From a virus (Duplodnaviria > Caudoviricetes), in IMG/VR virus record IMGVR_UViG_3300046796_000499, positions 1 through 61,005 of that record: 61,005 bases of DNA; one strand, given 5' to 3'. Numbering within the stretch: the stretch's first letter is position 1; every line of letters starts with the position of its first letter. Below the pieces are notes generated by a model. The model did not search any database, was not told the origin of the DNA, and saw only the letters and a program-made list of their open reading frames with translations. Position numbers and translations under genes: made by a program. Positions 8,773 to 17,860 of this stretch are shown in pieces.

Positions 8773-10158
8773 TCAGCCGTGCTCGATGACCACCGCGCGC
8801 TTGAACCGGGCGCCGTCGCCCACCACCGCGTCGGAGGGGACGGGGAAGTCCCCGCTCCAGCTCCAGGTTTGGTTCACGACCTGCTGCAGCAAGTCCTGGG
8901 GCGCCCGGAGGATGTAGCGGATGCGCTGGGCCATGATGGCCACCCCGCCGTTGATGACGCTGAACTGGCCGATCTTGCCGTTCACCCCGGCCTCGGTGAT
9001 GAACTTGGACTCGTCCAGGAATTTCTCGTAGATGCAGCCGCCGCCCGTGACCAGCGCCCGGCGGATGGTGAGGCCCGCCTCGGTGGTGAGCTCGCCACCG
9101 ATCTGGCCCGTAGAGGTCGCCAGGCCACCGCCGCCCGCGTCGCTCACGATGGCCGAGGCCTTGACCGTGGACGAGTCCGGAAGCTCGGTGTTGCGGTAGA
9201 AAATGCACCCGACCGCCATCCCGATCGCCAGCGCCCGGTAGGAGGTGGAGTCCGGCAGGGATTGGTGCAAGCGCTGCCAATGGTTGTCTTGGAACAGCTG
9301 CTCCTCGGCCTGGGTCGTCAGGTGCACGTGGTAGTAGCCGTCCGCATGCGGGGGGACGTTCTGACCCCTCAACCGGCTCACCGCGCTGATGAACGTGTTT
9401 AGGGTCACAATGTTGACGGACGTGATGCCGTCGACCGTGAGGCCACCGCCGACCCGTAGCCGCCGCGAGCGCGAGGAGGCCAAGACGCCCGCGCGCTGGG
9501 CGATGCCCACCGAGGTCACCGCGCCGAGCGTGAGCGTGCCTTGCCCGAGGGGCTGCAAGGGATTGCTCGGGGCAAAGCCGATCACCGTATTGGCGGGCTC
9601 GGCCACCGTGAAGGTGACCGGAAGCGGGTTGCTCGGACTCACCGGCTGCAGCTGGCCGTTAACCAGCCGCTGGGTGAACCCGTTCAGGTTCGCCACCTGG
9701 ATCTGATTGACGGCCGCGCCGACCGCCGCGAGCGTCACCGTTTCGCCCTGCAGGTAGCTCTGGAACATCCGGTCGCGCACCAGACGGTTGAGCGTCTGGG
9801 CCGCGTGCAGGCCGAGCTTTTGGGTGTTCTGCAGGAACGTGGACGCCAGGCTCACATAGCTGGTGGGCATGTGGGTCGGGATCGTCTTGCCGAACTGGCG
9901 GGCCTCGGCCTCCCACTGCTCGGCGGTGTACTCGCCGGGGGTCGGATCCTGCCCGGGAACCAGCGGATCGGTTTCCGGCTCGATGAGCCCCGTACGGGTG
10001 AAGATCTGCCGCTCGCCCAGGTTCGCCTGCCACAATTCGGGCTTGGCTTCTCCCCGGAACAGCAGGTTCGGGAACAGGGAGTCGTGATACATGCGTTCCA
10101 GGGTGCGGTCCTGGATCATGCTCGAAATGATTGCGGGAATGCCTTGGACGATGGTCAA
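8773..10158 (-). CDS. Major capsid protein
   Basis: 461 aa after the scaffold gene; LRGQNVPPHADGYYHVHL and C-terminal RAPQDLLQQ...RAVVIEH capsid-like motifs; AGGAG RBS, TTG start. Confidence 0.85.
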   Translation of the reverse strand: MTIVQGIPAIISSMIQDRTLERMYHDSLFPNLLFRGEAKPELWQANLGERQIFTRTGLIEPETDPLVPGQDPTPGEYTAEQWEAEARQFGKTIPTHMPTSYVSLASTFLQNTQKLGLHAAQTLNRLVRDRMFQSYLQGETVTLAAVGAAVNQIQVANLNGFTQRLVNGQLQPVSPSNPLPVTFTVAEPANTVIGFAPSNPLQPLGQGTLTLGAVTSVGIAQRAGVLASSRSRRLRVGGGLTVDGITSVNIVTLNTFISAVSRLRGQNVPPHADGYYHVHLTTQAEEQLFQDNHWQRLHQSLPDSTSYRALAIGMAVGCIFYRNTELPDSSTVKASAIVSDAGGGGLATSTGQIGGELTTEAGLTIRRALVTGGGCIYEKFLDESKFITEAGVNGKIGQFSVINGGVAIMAQRIRYILRAPQDLLQQVVNQTWSWSGDFPVPSDAVVGDGARFKRAVVIEHG

Positions 10159-10309
10159 GGGGCCTCGTCTCCTATGTCGGGAGGGGGGTCCGTTGACGAC
10201 TGGCCTAGGTTCCGCCCGTTAACCGCCGGCGTGTGCGTGGGGGCTGAGTCGCTACGGGGAATTCGGTTGTGCCCGTAGCGTACCAGTCCGGAACGGTCCG
10301 GGCAACCGG

Positions 10310-11038
10310 CTACGAGAGCGCCGAGCCGGCGCCGTATTTCTCGAGGTGCTCTCGGAACTGGGTCGGATTCATCGCCATCACGTCCGGGGGCCCTCCGCCA
10401 TTGCCCGGAGCGGGCGGAGCGGGGGGAGGCGCGCCCGGGTTCGGGCTGGTGGTCACCGGTGCCGGCACAACCGCCGGGACCGCCTCGATGCCGAACGCGG
10501 TCTTGTATTCGGGTTTCTCGAGCAGCCCTCGGAGGTAGGTGTCCGGGTCGAGCTGCTGGCCCTCCGGCAAAGCCTCGGCCGCCTCCGCCACCAGGTACTG
10601 CGCATATTTCAGGTTTTTCACCCCGAGCTGGGCACACGCCCCGCTCACCACCGATCGGAACCGCTCCTGGTCCCGCTCGGCTGCCATCGCCGTCACCCGC
10701 GCGCGCTCGGTGGCCAGGTCCGCCTCGAGGCGCTGGGTGGCGGTGAGCTCGGCGCGCGCGCGCTCGGTCTCCGCATCCTCCAGCTGCTTGAGACGCGCCA
10801 GCCGCGCCTTGACCTCGTCCGCGCTCTCGAGCCCCGTCGCATCCCTCAGGGCCGCACGCCCCGCTCGGGCGAGCCGGTCATCGAGCGCCGCCTGACTGTC
10901 GAAGGTCGCAAAGGGAGCCGTAGGCGGGGCAGCAGGGGCCGGCGCGAGGGGAGGCGAGCCGCCGCCGCCGGCAGGCACGGGCGGATTCGGGTCCCTCAGA
11001 ACCCCCATGGCGAGCGCGCTAAACAGACCGAACCGCAT
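10310..11038 (-). CDS. Capsid scaffolding protein
   Basis: Coiled-coil core, Pro-rich ends, C-terminal helix; directly upstream of the capsid gene. Confidence 0.75.
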   Translation of the reverse strand: MRFGLFSALAMGVLRDPNPPVPAGGGGSPPLAPAPAAPPTAPFATFDSQAALDDRLARAGRAALRDATGLESADEVKARLARLKQLEDAETERARAELTATQRLEADLATERARVTAMAAERDQERFRSVVSGACAQLGVKNLKYAQYLVAEAAEALPEGQQLDPDTYLRGLLEKPEYKTAFGIEAVPAVVPAPVTTSPNPGAPPPAPPAPGNGGGPPDVMAMNPTQFREHLEKYGAGSALS

Positions 11039-11161
11039 TTTCTGAGCTTCCCTTTCCCCGGCGTTCCGCGCCGTGACGTGACCCTACGATACACCCGCGC
11101 CCCGCTCTGGGGCAGTGCGAATTTTCTCAAGCTTGGCGCCGCCGGGTCGTTCCTGGCTGTC

Positions 11162-11308
11162 ATGAGCAACGCGATTCGCCTCGCCCTCGTCGGTCTCCTG
11201 CTCGTGGGGGGCCTCGTTCGCCTCGCCACCGCCGCCACCCCCGAGCGCGCTGCGGTGGAACACACCGCGAGCTCCGGCGTGTGCCAGCTCGGAAAGCCCT
11301 GCAAGTGA
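11162..11308 (+). CDS. Small membrane/secreted protein (48 aa)
   Basis: MSNAIRLALVGLLLVGGLVRLATAA...CQLGKPCK; preceded by the GTCGTTCCT motif. Confidence 0.5.
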   Translation: MSNAIRLALVGLLLVGGLVRLATAATPERAAVEHTASSGVCQLGKPCK

Positions 11309-11516
11309 GCGCCCTTCTCACCATCGGCGCCGGGGTTTCCTCGGTGCTCCTGGTCCAGCTGCTCCACCGCCTCGAAACGCGCCTGGGGCTCCCCCATTTT
11401 ACGCTGGTGTGCCTCGCGCTGGCCCTCGCTGGCACGCTCGCAGCGCGCTAAGAAATCGGCGTCGTTCCTGTTGATCAACTGGCCCGACACGGGGCCCCGA
11501 AAGAGACACCCACCCA

Positions 11517-11744
11517 ATGAAAAAATCACCCGCCTACCGCCACACCCTGGACACCATCTCGACCCTGGAGGAGGCGATCGCCGCCTGGTCCAGCGATAGC
11601 ATCACGCTCGGCGCCATCGCCAAGCGAAACGAGCTGCTCGAGGCAGCCGGTCTGATCGCGTTCACCGGCGCCCCCCACCCCGCCTGGCAAGCCACCGATT
11701 TGGGGCGCTCGCGCGGTCTGGACTCCGCGCCACGGTTCATCTGA
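11517..11744 (+). CDS. Hypothetical protein (75 aa)
   Basis: Preceded by GTCGTTCCT and a hairpin-GAAAG leader. Confidence 0.65.
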   Translation: MKKSPAYRHTLDTISTLEEAIAAWSSDSITLGAIAKRNELLEAAGLIAFTGAPHPAWQATDLGRSRGLDSAPRFI

Positions 11745-11829
11745 AAAAACCCCCCTACAGGTTCGGCGCCGCGCGTCGTTCCTAGCAGTCAACTGGCCCA
11801 GCAAGGGGCCCCGAAAGCGAAACCAGAAA

Positions 11830-12246
11830 ATGACCACCCCCACCGCCCGCGTCCAAAACCCCGCCGAGTTCCTGTTTGCCGGCAAAGCCGAATTTACCCT
11901 CGAGAGCAAGGTGACCGGCACGCACTACACCTATCGCGTGAACCTGAACGACACGGGCACCGTGTTTTTCGTCTCGCTCCTCACCGGCCGCGGTCGCGAA
12001 TACGCTGGGCTGGTCCCCGCCGACGCCCGCACCCAGTTCCGCACCACCCGCGCGAGCAAGGTGGAGCGCACCCATGAATCGATCCGCGGTTTCGAGTGGT
12101 TCCTCAAGCACCTCGATTCCGAGCAAGTCGAGCTCCATCACTGCGGCAAATGCGGCCGCTGCGGTCGCAAGCTGACGAACCCCGAGTCGATCGCCCGCGG
12201 CATCGGCCCCGAGTGCGCCACCCGCACCGAAGGCCTCGCGGCGTGA
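11830..12246 (+). CDS. DUF6011-like Zn-finger protein
   Basis: CGKCGRCGRKLTNPESIARGIGPECA motif. Confidence 0.8.
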   Translation: MTTPTARVQNPAEFLFAGKAEFTLESKVTGTHYTYRVNLNDTGTVFFVSLLTGRGREYAGLVPADARTQFRTTRASKVERTHESIRGFEWFLKHLDSEQVELHHCGKCGRCGRKLTNPESIARGIGPECATRTEGLAA

Positions 12247-12917
12247 GCGCCTGGCCCTACCCGGGCCCCGAGCACTTCGCGGTGCACCTGGACTGCCCCA
12301 AGGCGGTCCGGGTCGCCGCGCAGCGCCATTTGCGGGCCGAGCAGTACCAGATCGTGGCCGAGCTCCAGCAGCGCGGCCAGGCCAACAGCTACGCCTGCTA
12401 CCGGGACTCGCGCGGGCTCGGGGTGGATCGGTTCATCCAGGACGTGCTCCGGATGCACCGCCGCTCCCAGCGCGCGCCCGCTCACACCCCCTGGGGTACG
12501 CTGCTGCGGGACTGGACGCCCGAGCGCCGCTGCGCTGGGTCGTTCGCCGTGGACGCCCGGGGCCAGGTGGTGCACCACGACGATCCCGCCGCCGTGCGCT
12601 GGTGCCTCGCCGGCTGGCTCGCTCATCGCTGCATCCGTCCGAGCGCCGCGCGGCCCCACCACGTGAACGCCGAGCAGTGGTGGCACCGCTCGGACGATCG
12701 GGAGGCCCGGCGCCTGCTGGGCGAAGTCTGGGCCCTGCTGCCCGAGCGCCAGCGGCTGGCCACCGAACGCGTCTGGCGCCGCCGGGTGAAGCCAGCCGAC
12801 CGCAAGCGGCTCGACCAGCACCCGCTCGGCTACTGGTGGTTTCTCGCCCCGCACCTGGCCGAACGCTGGCTCCAGATCCCCCCGAGCGCCGAGCTCGCCC
12901 CCGAGACCCGCCGCTAG
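12243..12917 (+). CDS. Hypothetical protein with DUF6197-like motif
   Basis: GTGA overlap with the upstream gene; AVDARGQVVHHDDPAAVRWCLAG. Confidence 0.55.
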   Translation: MSAWPYPGPEHFAVHLDCPKAVRVAAQRHLRAEQYQIVAELQQRGQANSYACYRDSRGLGVDRFIQDVLRMHRRSQRAPAHTPWGTLLRDWTPERRCAGSFAVDARGQVVHHDDPAAVRWCLAGWLAHRCIRPSAARPHHVNAEQWWHRSDDREARRLLGEVWALLPERQRLATERVWRRRVKPADRKRLDQHPLGYWWFLAPHLAERWLQIPPSAELAPETRR

Positions 12918-14095
12918 TTTTCTACAACGAATCCGGTCCCGGTCGCCGTGGTCGGTCCCATGAACTGTAATTCCAGCGTGTTCAAGGCGCTGGTACGCAC
13001 GCCGAGAAGCGCCCCACCGCCGGGGATCGCGCCGAGCGGGCGGACGCTGTAGCGATCGCCCTCCACCAAAAACGAGCTCCCGAGGCTCACCGTGGCCGTG
13101 GCCACGCCCAAGATCCCCGTGCCCAGGGCCGGCGGTGTCACCTGAAAATAGCGCCTCCGCCGGGTCGGCCCGAGCGGCTCGAACCCCATCAGCAAATCGC
13201 GATTGGCGTCCGCCGGCACCCGGGGCGAGACGTAGATATTTTTCGCCGTCGCGCCGAGCGAATTGCCCTTGGATGCCTCGTTGAAAATGCAGGTTTCGGT
13301 GAGCGTGTTGGGCATGCGGACCGGACCCGCTATCGAGGCCATCAGCAACCGATCTCTCCAGATCTCGACACGTTGGTTTCGGTAGACCCCTTCCACGAAA
13401 TGCGGATCGTTGGCCACTTCCGGATAGGACACCACGATGTTGGCCGTATCGTCCTGGTTTCTCACCCGGAAGGCCACTTGCCCGCCGCCCGAGCTGGTGG
13501 CGTAGAGCGCAAACATCTTGTTCCCGGTGGTGCCGCCCGTGTTGTATTGCGCCACCAGCGCCGCGATGCTGGCCGCAAATTCGCTCACGCTGAGCCAGCC
13601 CGCCACGTAGAGCTCCACCGAGGGCTGGAGCTTGGCCGCGGGGGTCGAATTGTAGGCGCCGCTGCCATTGGTAAAGCCGAGCGTCGCCACGAACGCCGGT
13701 GGCGCGCCGAGCGGCAGCACCGTGGCCGTGCCGTTGGCCACGTCCGTGGTCAAGGCCAGAGGGTTGGGGCACTGGTCGGTAATCGTGATGGCTCCCGCCC
13801 CTACTCCGGAGAGCCCTCGGCTCGGGCTAAACCAACTGCCCGCCACAATCTCCGGGACGAGCAGGGGGGAAAACCCCACCTGGCCGAGCTGGGCGCCGAG
13901 CGGGAACGGATCGACCGCCGTGGCCGAGACCTCGGTCAGCTCGAGCCCTCCGCGGAACGAGGGGCCCCCGAGCAGGGCCACCACTTGTGCCATGGTCGCC
14001 GCCACCACCACCGCGCCCCCCGCCGGGACGATCCCCCGGAGCGGATTGGGCAAACTGATCGAGGAGCTCCCGGGATTGCGGATCTGGATGGCCAT
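12914..14095 (-). CDS. Probable virion protein with LamG/concanavalin-like domain
   Basis: Beta-rich; LYVAGWL...PHFVEGVYRNQRVEIWRD; start set at ATG 14095. Confidence 0.55.
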   Translation of the reverse strand: MAIQIRNPGSSSISLPNPLRGIVPAGGAVVVAATMAQVVALLGGPSFRGGLELTEVSATAVDPFPLGAQLGQVGFSPLLVPEIVAGSWFSPSRGLSGVGAGAITITDQCPNPLALTTDVANGTATVLPLGAPPAFVATLGFTNGSGAYNSTPAAKLQPSVELYVAGWLSVSEFAASIAALVAQYNTGGTTGNKMFALYATSSGGGQVAFRVRNQDDTANIVVSYPEVANDPHFVEGVYRNQRVEIWRDRLLMASIAGPVRMPNTLTETCIFNEASKGNSLGATAKNIYVSPRVPADANRDLLMGFEPLGPTRRRRYFQVTPPALGTGILGVATATVSLGSSFLVEGDRYSVRPLGAIPGGGALLGVRTSALNTLELQFMGPTTATGTGFVVEN

Positions 14096-14176
14096 CGGCC
14101 CCGAGCATACCACCAGCCGGCCCTGACCCAAAACGGTCTTGGATTTGCTGGTCGCTCGACTCTCGCCCCTCCAGGA

Positions 14177-14386
14177 TCATGGCCTTCCCCTATGGCGCAA
14201 ACTGAATCGACTCCATGACGCCGCTCCTAGTGGCCTGGGGTCTCGCCAAGGCTCGGGTGGTCCAGGGTACTTGAGGCGCAACTGGCGCCGTTCTGTGGTC
14301 TCGTCGGAGCAGCAGTAGTCGCACTCTTCAGGGAACATCCTGCGGCAGTCATCGCAGTCGTAACGCTTGTTCGCTTGGTTGCTCAT
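14177..14386 (-). CDS. Small Cys-rich protein
   Basis: YDCDDCRRMFPEECDYCC; locally lower GC. Confidence 0.35.
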   Translation of the reverse strand: MSNQANKRYDCDDCRRMFPEECDYCCSDETTERRQLRLKYPGPPEPWRDPRPLGAASWSRFSLRHRGRP

Positions 14387-14561
14387 GGCTTCAGCAATGG
14401 TGTCCGTCGCCGGCCTCGGCCACTTCCGGGTCGAGCTCGCCGCGATGCTCCGGGTGATGGGGCCCCTCCGATAAACCACGCCCGACGCCCGGGGTAGAAA
14501 GGAGCTTCAACACCCCCGGGCGCCGAGCGCGCGCAGGAGGCCACCCCAATGTGGCCCACCC

Positions 14562-14612
14562 AAAAAGACGAATGCCCTGGAAGCCGTGAGGCTGTCCAGG
14601 GCATTCGCTTTT
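14562..14612. terminator. Bidirectional-looking intrinsic terminator
   Basis: AAAAAGA-CGAATGCCCTGGA...TCCAGGGCATTCG-CTTTT, 13-bp stem. Confidence 0.75.
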
Positions 14613-14728
14613 GCGTTGCGCCCCGAGGATCTCACTCGCCAGGGCTTGGGCTTGGGGGCGGGTGAGACCGGAGCCCCATCATGGGTGCGAACGCCACACC
14701 ATCCGCTCGGCCAGAGCCGAGAAGAATT

Positions 14729-15400
14729 TCAGAACGGCTTGTCCGCCACGTCCAGGTTGGTGCCGAGCGGCGCGCGGGTGCCGTTGCCAATGCCCGGGGT
14801 CGCGATGTAGCGGATCGTGGCCGAGGTGACGGCGTCCGCCGCCAGGAACTGGGCCAGGCCGAGCACGGAGGCGGCCGCATGTTTGGTGGTCGCCACCGCA
14901 AAGCCGCGCTGGTCGACCGTGCACGCGCCGACCACGCCGCCGGTGATGGCCGTGGCCGCCAGCAGGCGCTTGATGTTGCGCCCTGCCAGGGGCGTGCCCA
15001 CGCCCGTACCCGGGACGACCGGGATCACCTCCTCGATGACGTCACCCTCCTCGGCCACATAGGTGACCTCGGCATCGGTCACGGCATCGGTGGCCACGTT
15101 GAACGACACGTGCCCCTCGGGGCTGGTGGTGACGGTGGTGGTCGCCGGGATGCCCGAGGCGGTGGCCGCCGGCACCGTCGGAGACTTGGGCCCGAGCGTC
15201 GACCCTGCCCGAACGAAGGCTCCCAGGATGGCCGAGGCGCGCGCGCTCTCCGGCAGGGTCAGGATCCCCGCCGTCACCGTGCCCCGGAGGAACCGCGGCA
15301 CCAGCGCCAGGATATTGCCGGCCTTGGCCAAGTTTAGGCCGGAGTCCGTCTTGTTCGGGTTGGCCTCGTTCAGGACGTCACGGAGGGAGCGATTCGGCAT
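14729..15400 (-). CDS. Probable structural/decoration protein
   Basis: 223 aa, Ala/Thr/Val/Gly-rich; GAAAG RBS; in the head region. Confidence 0.55.
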   Translation of the reverse strand: MPNRSLRDVLNEANPNKTDSGLNLAKAGNILALVPRFLRGTVTAGILTLPESARASAILGAFVRAGSTLGPKSPTVPAATASGIPATTTVTTSPEGHVSFNVATDAVTDAEVTYVAEEGDVIEEVIPVVPGTGVGTPLAGRNIKRLLAATAITGGVVGACTVDQRGFAVATTKHAAASVLGLAQFLAADAVTSATIRYIATPGIGNGTRAPLGTNLDVADKPF

Positions 15401-15475
15401 CTGGGTTAATCTTTCGGTGCTCGGGTTAACGGTTGGAGGGTGTTTCGGAGTGGGTCACATAGGACCCACCGGGGT

Positions 15476-16192
15476 TTACGCCGCGAGGCCCGCGGCCAAG
15501 ACTTCGATCTGGGCGCTGCCCGAGATCTGGATCCGCTCGGGCGGGGAGCTCGGATCGAACTGCATCAGCGTGAGGCCGTTGACGAGCACGTCCGCGCCGG
15601 CGCCTGCCGCCTCTGCCGCAGCCGAGGCAAAGCCCACCGTGGCGTTGGCCACGGTAATGTCCACGAGGCCGTCCGGGCCCGTCCGAACGCCGCGCAGACC
15701 CACCTGGCCGTTGCTCTGCAGGAACGCCGGCAGGAACGTCACCCCGAGCAGCATCGCCGATGCGTTGATCTGGTTGATGACCTGCTGGGCGGTCTGAGCA
15801 CCCGCCGTGAAGGTCACGGTCACGGTGGAGGCGTCCACCTTGAACGCGAACGTTTCCCCGCCCGAAAACAGGGTGGGGAACGTGCCTCCCGAGCCGAGCA
15901 GCTCCGCCACGTCCGCCCCGATGCGGAGCACGACCTTGGCTGAGGATTTCAAGGCCAAGAGCTGAAAGCCTCCGATCGAGCTCACATTCGGCAGCTCGAT
16001 GAACGAGTCCCCCGCCGCTCCCGGGGTCGCGATGGGGACCGCGCAATCGGTTCCCCCGATCGCCTGGTAGATCTGCCCCGAGCAGGCAAAGCCGAGGCCG
16101 ACCAGCTTTTGGCTCAGATCGCTGCCGCTGCACCCGCACCCGGGGCCGCCGACCACGATCTGGCCCGAGAGCGTGAGCGAACAGGTGCCCAC
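15476..16192 (-). CDS. Probable structural protein sharing a domain with the sheath insert
   Basis: GGETFAFKVDA...FTAGAQTAQQVINQINA...QVGLRG resembles the sheath segment AGDTVGIKIDG...FGGGDVTQAAALARINA...QIDLRG. Confidence 0.55.
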   Translation of the reverse strand: MGTCSLTLSGQIVVGGPGCGCSGSDLSQKLVGLGFACSGQIYQAIGGTDCAVPIATPGAAGDSFIELPNVSSIGGFQLLALKSSAKVVLRIGADVAELLGSGGTFPTLFSGGETFAFKVDASTVTVTFTAGAQTAQQVINQINASAMLLGVTFLPAFLQSNGQVGLRGVRTGPDGLVDITVANATVGFASAAAEAAGAGADVLVNGLTLMQFDPSSPPERIQISGSAQIEVLAAGLAA

Positions 16193-16195
16193 GGA

Positions 16196-16492
16196 TTACT
16201 TCCGGATCCCCTCGGGGGCCTTGAGGTACGAGAGCCCCATCGGGTCCTCTACCGTCGACACCATCGGGGTCTGGCCCGGATCGGGGCTGTAGCCGCCCGT
16301 GGTCGCCGGAGGCCCGCCCTGGACCGCCACCACCGGCAGCTCGGAATCGGAAAACCAGGCGCCGGCGGGGGCGCCGTCGTGCTGGTAGTCCTCCACCTGC
16401 TCGGGCAGAGCCGGCACGCCGCCGTTGCCCACGTTGCCACCGGTATCACCGCTCATCGCGATCGTTCGGGGAGTGCGTTCGGGTTCAGCCAT
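16196..16492 (-). CDS. Hypothetical protein
   Basis: 98-aa ORF, tightly packed with its neighbour. Confidence 0.55.
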   Translation of the reverse strand: MAEPERTPRTIAMSGDTGGNVGNGGVPALPEQVEDYQHDGAPAGAWFSDSELPVVAVQGGPPATTGGYSPDPGQTPMVSTVEDPMGLSYLKAPEGIRK

Positions 16493-16554
16493 GGTTCCAG
16501 TTTGGCACAGCCGGCCGATCGGGTCTAGCCGGCCGTGCCCTGAGTGCCGGGACC

Positions 16555-16758
16555 TCAGCTGTTCAACGCGTCTTGGACGTTCTGGACAGTCTGGGCCTGG
16601 GCCTGGAAGCTCGCCTTGCGACTCTCGAGCTGCCCCTGGAGCGAGGCCACCGCCGCCGTGTGGGTCGCGCCCGCGCCCGTGACCGGGCCGCCGGGAATGA
16701 TGTTGGAGGGGCTAGGGGAGTCGTTGGCCGTCAGTACGAGGGTGATGTTGAGCGCCAT
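16555..16758 (-). CDS. Hypothetical protein (67 aa)
   Basis: GAAAGGA RBS before ATG 16758. Confidence 0.6.
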   Translation of the reverse strand: MALNITLVLTANDSPSPSNIIPGGPVTGAGATHTAAVASLQGQLESRKASFQAQAQTVQNVQDALNS

Positions 16759-16826
16759 GGAAGAATCCTTTCGGGTTTCCTCCAGACTTCCAGGACTCAC
16801 CCGGCCCCGCAACCACCCCGCGGGGG

Positions 16827-17195
16827 TCAGTAGGGGACTTTGCGCTCTCCGGGGCGGGCTTGCGCCGGCATATCCTCGGGACTGTCGGGCAGCCCGTAGC
16901 GCTGCTCTCGGTATTCGGCATCCTCATCGAGCCGCGCCTGGGCGCGCTGCGGCGACTCGGGGCCGCAATTGGCGTAGGGGCTGGCGTTGTAGCCGCTCAG
17001 AAACTGCCGAGCGTCCCGCTCTCGCTCGTATTGCTGCAGCTCCCAGACCGCCTGAGTGCGCTGGGCCAGGCCATCGCCGGTCGGGTAGTCCTCTGCCAAG
17101 AGGAACGGCCGCGCCGGCAGCTCGGGGACCTGCTCGATCTGCTGCTCGTAGCTCAGACTATCGAATACCTCGGAAACGGGATCCGCCTTGGCCAT
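16827..17195 (-). CDS. Hypothetical protein
   Basis: 122 aa; TACCCT box 6 nt upstream of the ATG. Confidence 0.6.
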   Translation of the reverse strand: MAKADPVSEVFDSLSYEQQIEQVPELPARPFLLAEDYPTGDGLAQRTQAVWELQQYERERDARQFLSGYNASPYANCGPESPQRAQARLDEDAEYREQRYGLPDSPEDMPAQARPGERKVPY

Positions 17196-17210
17196 CCCCG
17201 AAGGGTACGC

Positions 17211-17816
17211 CTAGCCCGAGCTCCGGACAAGCTCACCGTCCCGCACCGCCAGGCCCGCGCCCGCGATCGCGTCGTTCAGCATACCCAGGCCCGCCACCGC
17301 CGCATTGAGCCCCACCCGGTAGCCGAGGTCCTCGAGCGGGAACTCCCAGTCGCAAACGGTGAATCTGTCGTCCGGCAAAAACAGCTGCAGGAGCGGCAGC
17401 ACCTCTACCGGCTCGAGGCCACCGTTCCCGCAGCCCGGAAAGCCGAGCGCGATGGGGCCTCGATGCCGGGTGAGCTGGGTGAGGCTCACCCGGATCACGT
17501 CCAGCCGTGCCTTTTGGTCCCACGAGCGCTCAGGGTTGGCAAAGTCCAGCAGTGGCTTGACCGGAAAGAAGATCAACCGATCGATCTCCACCACCGGCAC
17601 CGTGAGGAGGTGTCTGGGCCAGCGCCCATTGGCCCAGTGCCGGCAGTATTGCCCGTACCACCGCGGCAGCCAGGGGAACCGCTTCGCCGCCTGCAAGGCC
17701 ATCCCCGCGCCCATGTTGTTTTCGTGGTCCTTGGCGCTCCAGCCCACGTTGGTGGTGATGACGATCTTCTCACCGCGATCGTAGCGCTCCCACAGATCGG
17801 CCTGCTCGTGTCTCAT
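17211..17816 (-). CDS. Macrodomain ADP-ribosylhydrolase, DarG/TARG1 class
   Basis: VITTNVG...MGAGMALQAAKRFP; IFFPVK (matches the DarG NFPTK catalytic-Lys motif); IALGFPGCGNGGL. Confidence 0.85.
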   Translation of the reverse strand: MRHEQADLWERYDRGEKIVITTNVGWSAKDHENNMGAGMALQAAKRFPWLPRWYGQYCRHWANGRWPRHLLTVPVVEIDRLIFFPVKPLLDFANPERSWDQKARLDVIRVSLTQLTRHRGPIALGFPGCGNGGLEPVEVLPLLQLFLPDDRFTVCDWEFPLEDLGYRVGLNAAVAGLGMLNDAIAGAGLAVRDGELVRSSG

Positions 17817-17860
17817 TCGCTTTCTCTTTCTCGCCCCCTCGGTGGGGCATGGACGAACCT

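Noticed and set aside
12138-13772. 544-aa minus-strand ORF
   Set aside because: Overlaps better-supported genes on both strands and has shadow-ORF composition.
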